Assembly (NCBI RefSeq): GCF_001194135.2
Contig: NC_068984.1
Span: forward strand, 70,427,415-70,479,053
Source of the DNA: Octopus bimaculoides
Taxonomy: Eukaryota
Direction: 5' to 3'
DNA: 51,639 nt
Below are positions 49,643-51,639 of this stretch, one piece after another. Under the pieces are notes generated by a model. That model was not told where the DNA came from and did no database searches. It saw only the letters and a list, made by a program, of their open reading frames with translations. Position 1 is the stretch's first letter; every line of letters begins with the position of its first letter. A program made the translations under genes and the position numbers.

Positions 49643-50479
49643 TACTGCAGGAGTTACTTTTAATGTAAAATCCCCTTTTGTTTATATTGCTATAAACAAG
49701 AGTGCATTTTCCACCAAAAGGCAATATGAGAGTTTTTCTCATAGTAACTACTGCAGTATAGCGTGTTCTAACAGAACATCCACATTCAAGCTGTTATAAA
49801 TATTACTTCTTGGTATTAGTACTGCTTTTGCCACTAATGAATATTTTTTTAACAAAATACTGGTCCCATAGCTAGATGGTTGGGGTTTGCGCCACTGCTT
49901 GCAATTTTATCACATGCAGCTGTGCATCGTTAACCAGTTAGAGGAGATGTCCTCTTGGGGTTAAAAACACCGCAGTAGCGTCTACTCCAACGGACAGCCA
50001 TTTTAAAGTGGCTATGAATATTACTTGCCAGTACAACTACTGCGATGATCTGTTCGAGAGATTTTAGAACTAGCATTTTCGCTTGTAATTGTATATATTA
50101 TATATGAAATATTTTTATCTGAGCAAATATTATGAAGAAGACAAAATTCTGAAATAACAATTTTTAATAACAAGTGAGAAATGGAAGAGAACCAGATTAT
50201 CCAACAGGGACAAAATCAGCAACTTGATAACTTTCTAGAATTGGAATATGCTGTGGCTTAACTAATATAGAATCATTTAAGAGAATACCTCCTCTCATAT
50301 GAATAACAGAAATGAATTTTGTTATTTTAGTCATTTGATGAGCAAAACAAAATAGCTTATTTGGTCTTTATTTTAGTTTTGTTTTTGTCAATAATTTACA
50401 ATTTATAAATGTTTTAGAAAGTTAACTGTTATGACCAATCAGAGTGACCATTGGCTTTGCACCTATAAAGTGCTTCGTC

Positions 50480-50705
50480 TATGCCTCTGTGTTTCCCTCA
50501 CAATCACCACCACCGCCCTTGGTTAACAACTGGTGTTGGCTTACTTATATTCCTGTAACTTAGTGGTTCAGCAAAATAGACTGATACAATAAGTTTCAGC
50601 CTTAAAAATAAAAATTAAGACTCGGGTTGGTCTGCATGACTAAATTTTTTCAAGACAGTACCCCAGCATGGCTGCAGTCTAGTGACTGAAACATGTAAAA
50701 GATAG
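50480..50705 (+). mobile_element. SINE family A, 3' half
   Basis: ACAACTGGTGTTGG...CTGTAACTTAGTGGTTC...CCCCAGCATGGCTGCAGTC...GACTGAAAC. Confidence 0.7.
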
Positions 50706-51119
50706 AAGTTGAAAAATACATATAATTTAATATCATCCGAGTAAATACCTTATAGCATGCTTTCCAAAGTTCTGCCTCAGTTATTGGCTACCATATGCTA
50801 TCATACTGCAGAAATTCTTCTTTTACTAGTTGCACATCTGGAAATCTATGCTAAAAGATGAGTATAAAATAATAGGAAACTAGAGGCGATATGGCAATGC
50901 TCTCGAACTCACTCACCTGGAGATGTGCAGGTGCACAGTTATTGTTAGTTCATATTTATACAAGAGTGCATATAATATGTAAAAGACTAAGCAATTACCA
51001 ACTGACACTGATGGAAAGAAACGTTTGTAATGTGTTGAATTCAAGCCTTCTCATTACATCTTCCTGTAATATAAGTTTTGTTTTCATAGATATGTATACA
51101 TACATACGTAGATAGATAA

Positions 51120-51639
51120 CTTTCTTTTATTAGCCACACAGGGCTGCACTCAGAGGGGACAAATACAACTGTAGAGCTTTTCTTTAAAAAAAAAAAAAAA
51201 AAAAAAAAAGGTAAAATAAAAATTAACAAATCCGATCAAAAGGGATCGGTAGGGGGGCGGGGAAAGAAAAAAGATATCGTATATCACAGAAAATGTCAAT
51301 TGTGTAAAATGGGGTAACATTAGGTTTATCCATGGAGAGAAAAGTCTACGGAAAAGACCATGGTAACCTCAGCAGGGAATAGACACATGAGAGCAAAGTG
51401 CTCTCTCTCTCTCTCTTTTTTTTTTTTCTCGATTTATAGGATCATGCTCAAAGAGGTATCGTCACTCGCACGCACCATCTTTGCTACATTCACCCACCTT
51501 TTAATGAAACTTTTACGAGACAAAAACTGTCTCTCCACTCTCACCTTCCTTTTCAAGTGATACTTGAAAAAGTTGATGAGCGATTGGCCAGAGAGGTAAG
51601 TTTTCGTCTCTAATCCTTTCGCTCGGGTCCACCACACAC
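51120..51639 (-). mobile_element. 3' end of an L1/Tx1-like LINE (ORF2 C-terminus plus 3' UTR with AATAAA); continues beyond the window
   Basis: Minus-strand VWWTRAKGLETKTYLSGQSLINFFKYHLKRKVRVER...RWVNVAKM...L* (51434-51637) resembles the L1/Tx1 IWxxRN-type C-terminus; ends GGCTAATAAAAGAAA. Clade assignment is by motif only. Confidence 0.55.

Noticed and set aside
50181-50261. Short ORF MEENQIIQQGQNQQLDNFLELEYAVA*
   Set aside because: Only 26 aa, no convincing donor and no homology evidence.

Overview
AT-rich, repeat-saturated eukaryotic genomic DNA with 12 N-gaps. The repeat families and composition suggest a coleoid cephalopod, most likely Octopus (inferred from remembered repeat families, not a database hit). 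It contains no prokaryotic genes, CRISPR array, rRNA or canonical tRNA. Most of the window is TE debris and microsatellites: at least three tRNA-derived SINE families (A, B, C), RTE, R4/Dong and L1/Tx1-like LINE 3' ends, Penelope-like fragments, decayed Tc1 (DD34E-type), mariner and maT (DD37D) transposons, and two MITE types. Threaded through it on the + strand is a tentative spliced gene: a CpG/ETS promoter-like zone near 1.6-2.0 kb, a strong donor at 2036/2037, an ATG exon at 19246-19334 with near-perfect splice signals, and several small candidate exons to about 42.2 kb (possibly 48 kb). The product is an unrecognised protein of about 165 aa, and the exon chain is not proven. The most interesting observations are: a SINE segment homologous to the 3' end of a Tx1-like LINE in the same window; a covarying tandem hairpin array in the RTE 3' UTR; a single UGA separating an upstream in-frame ORF from the main ATG; a duplicated 3' splice region bracketing a (GAT)n tract; several frame-preserving microexon candidates; and a hairpin-dense island with a 74-nt cloverleaf near 50 kb.
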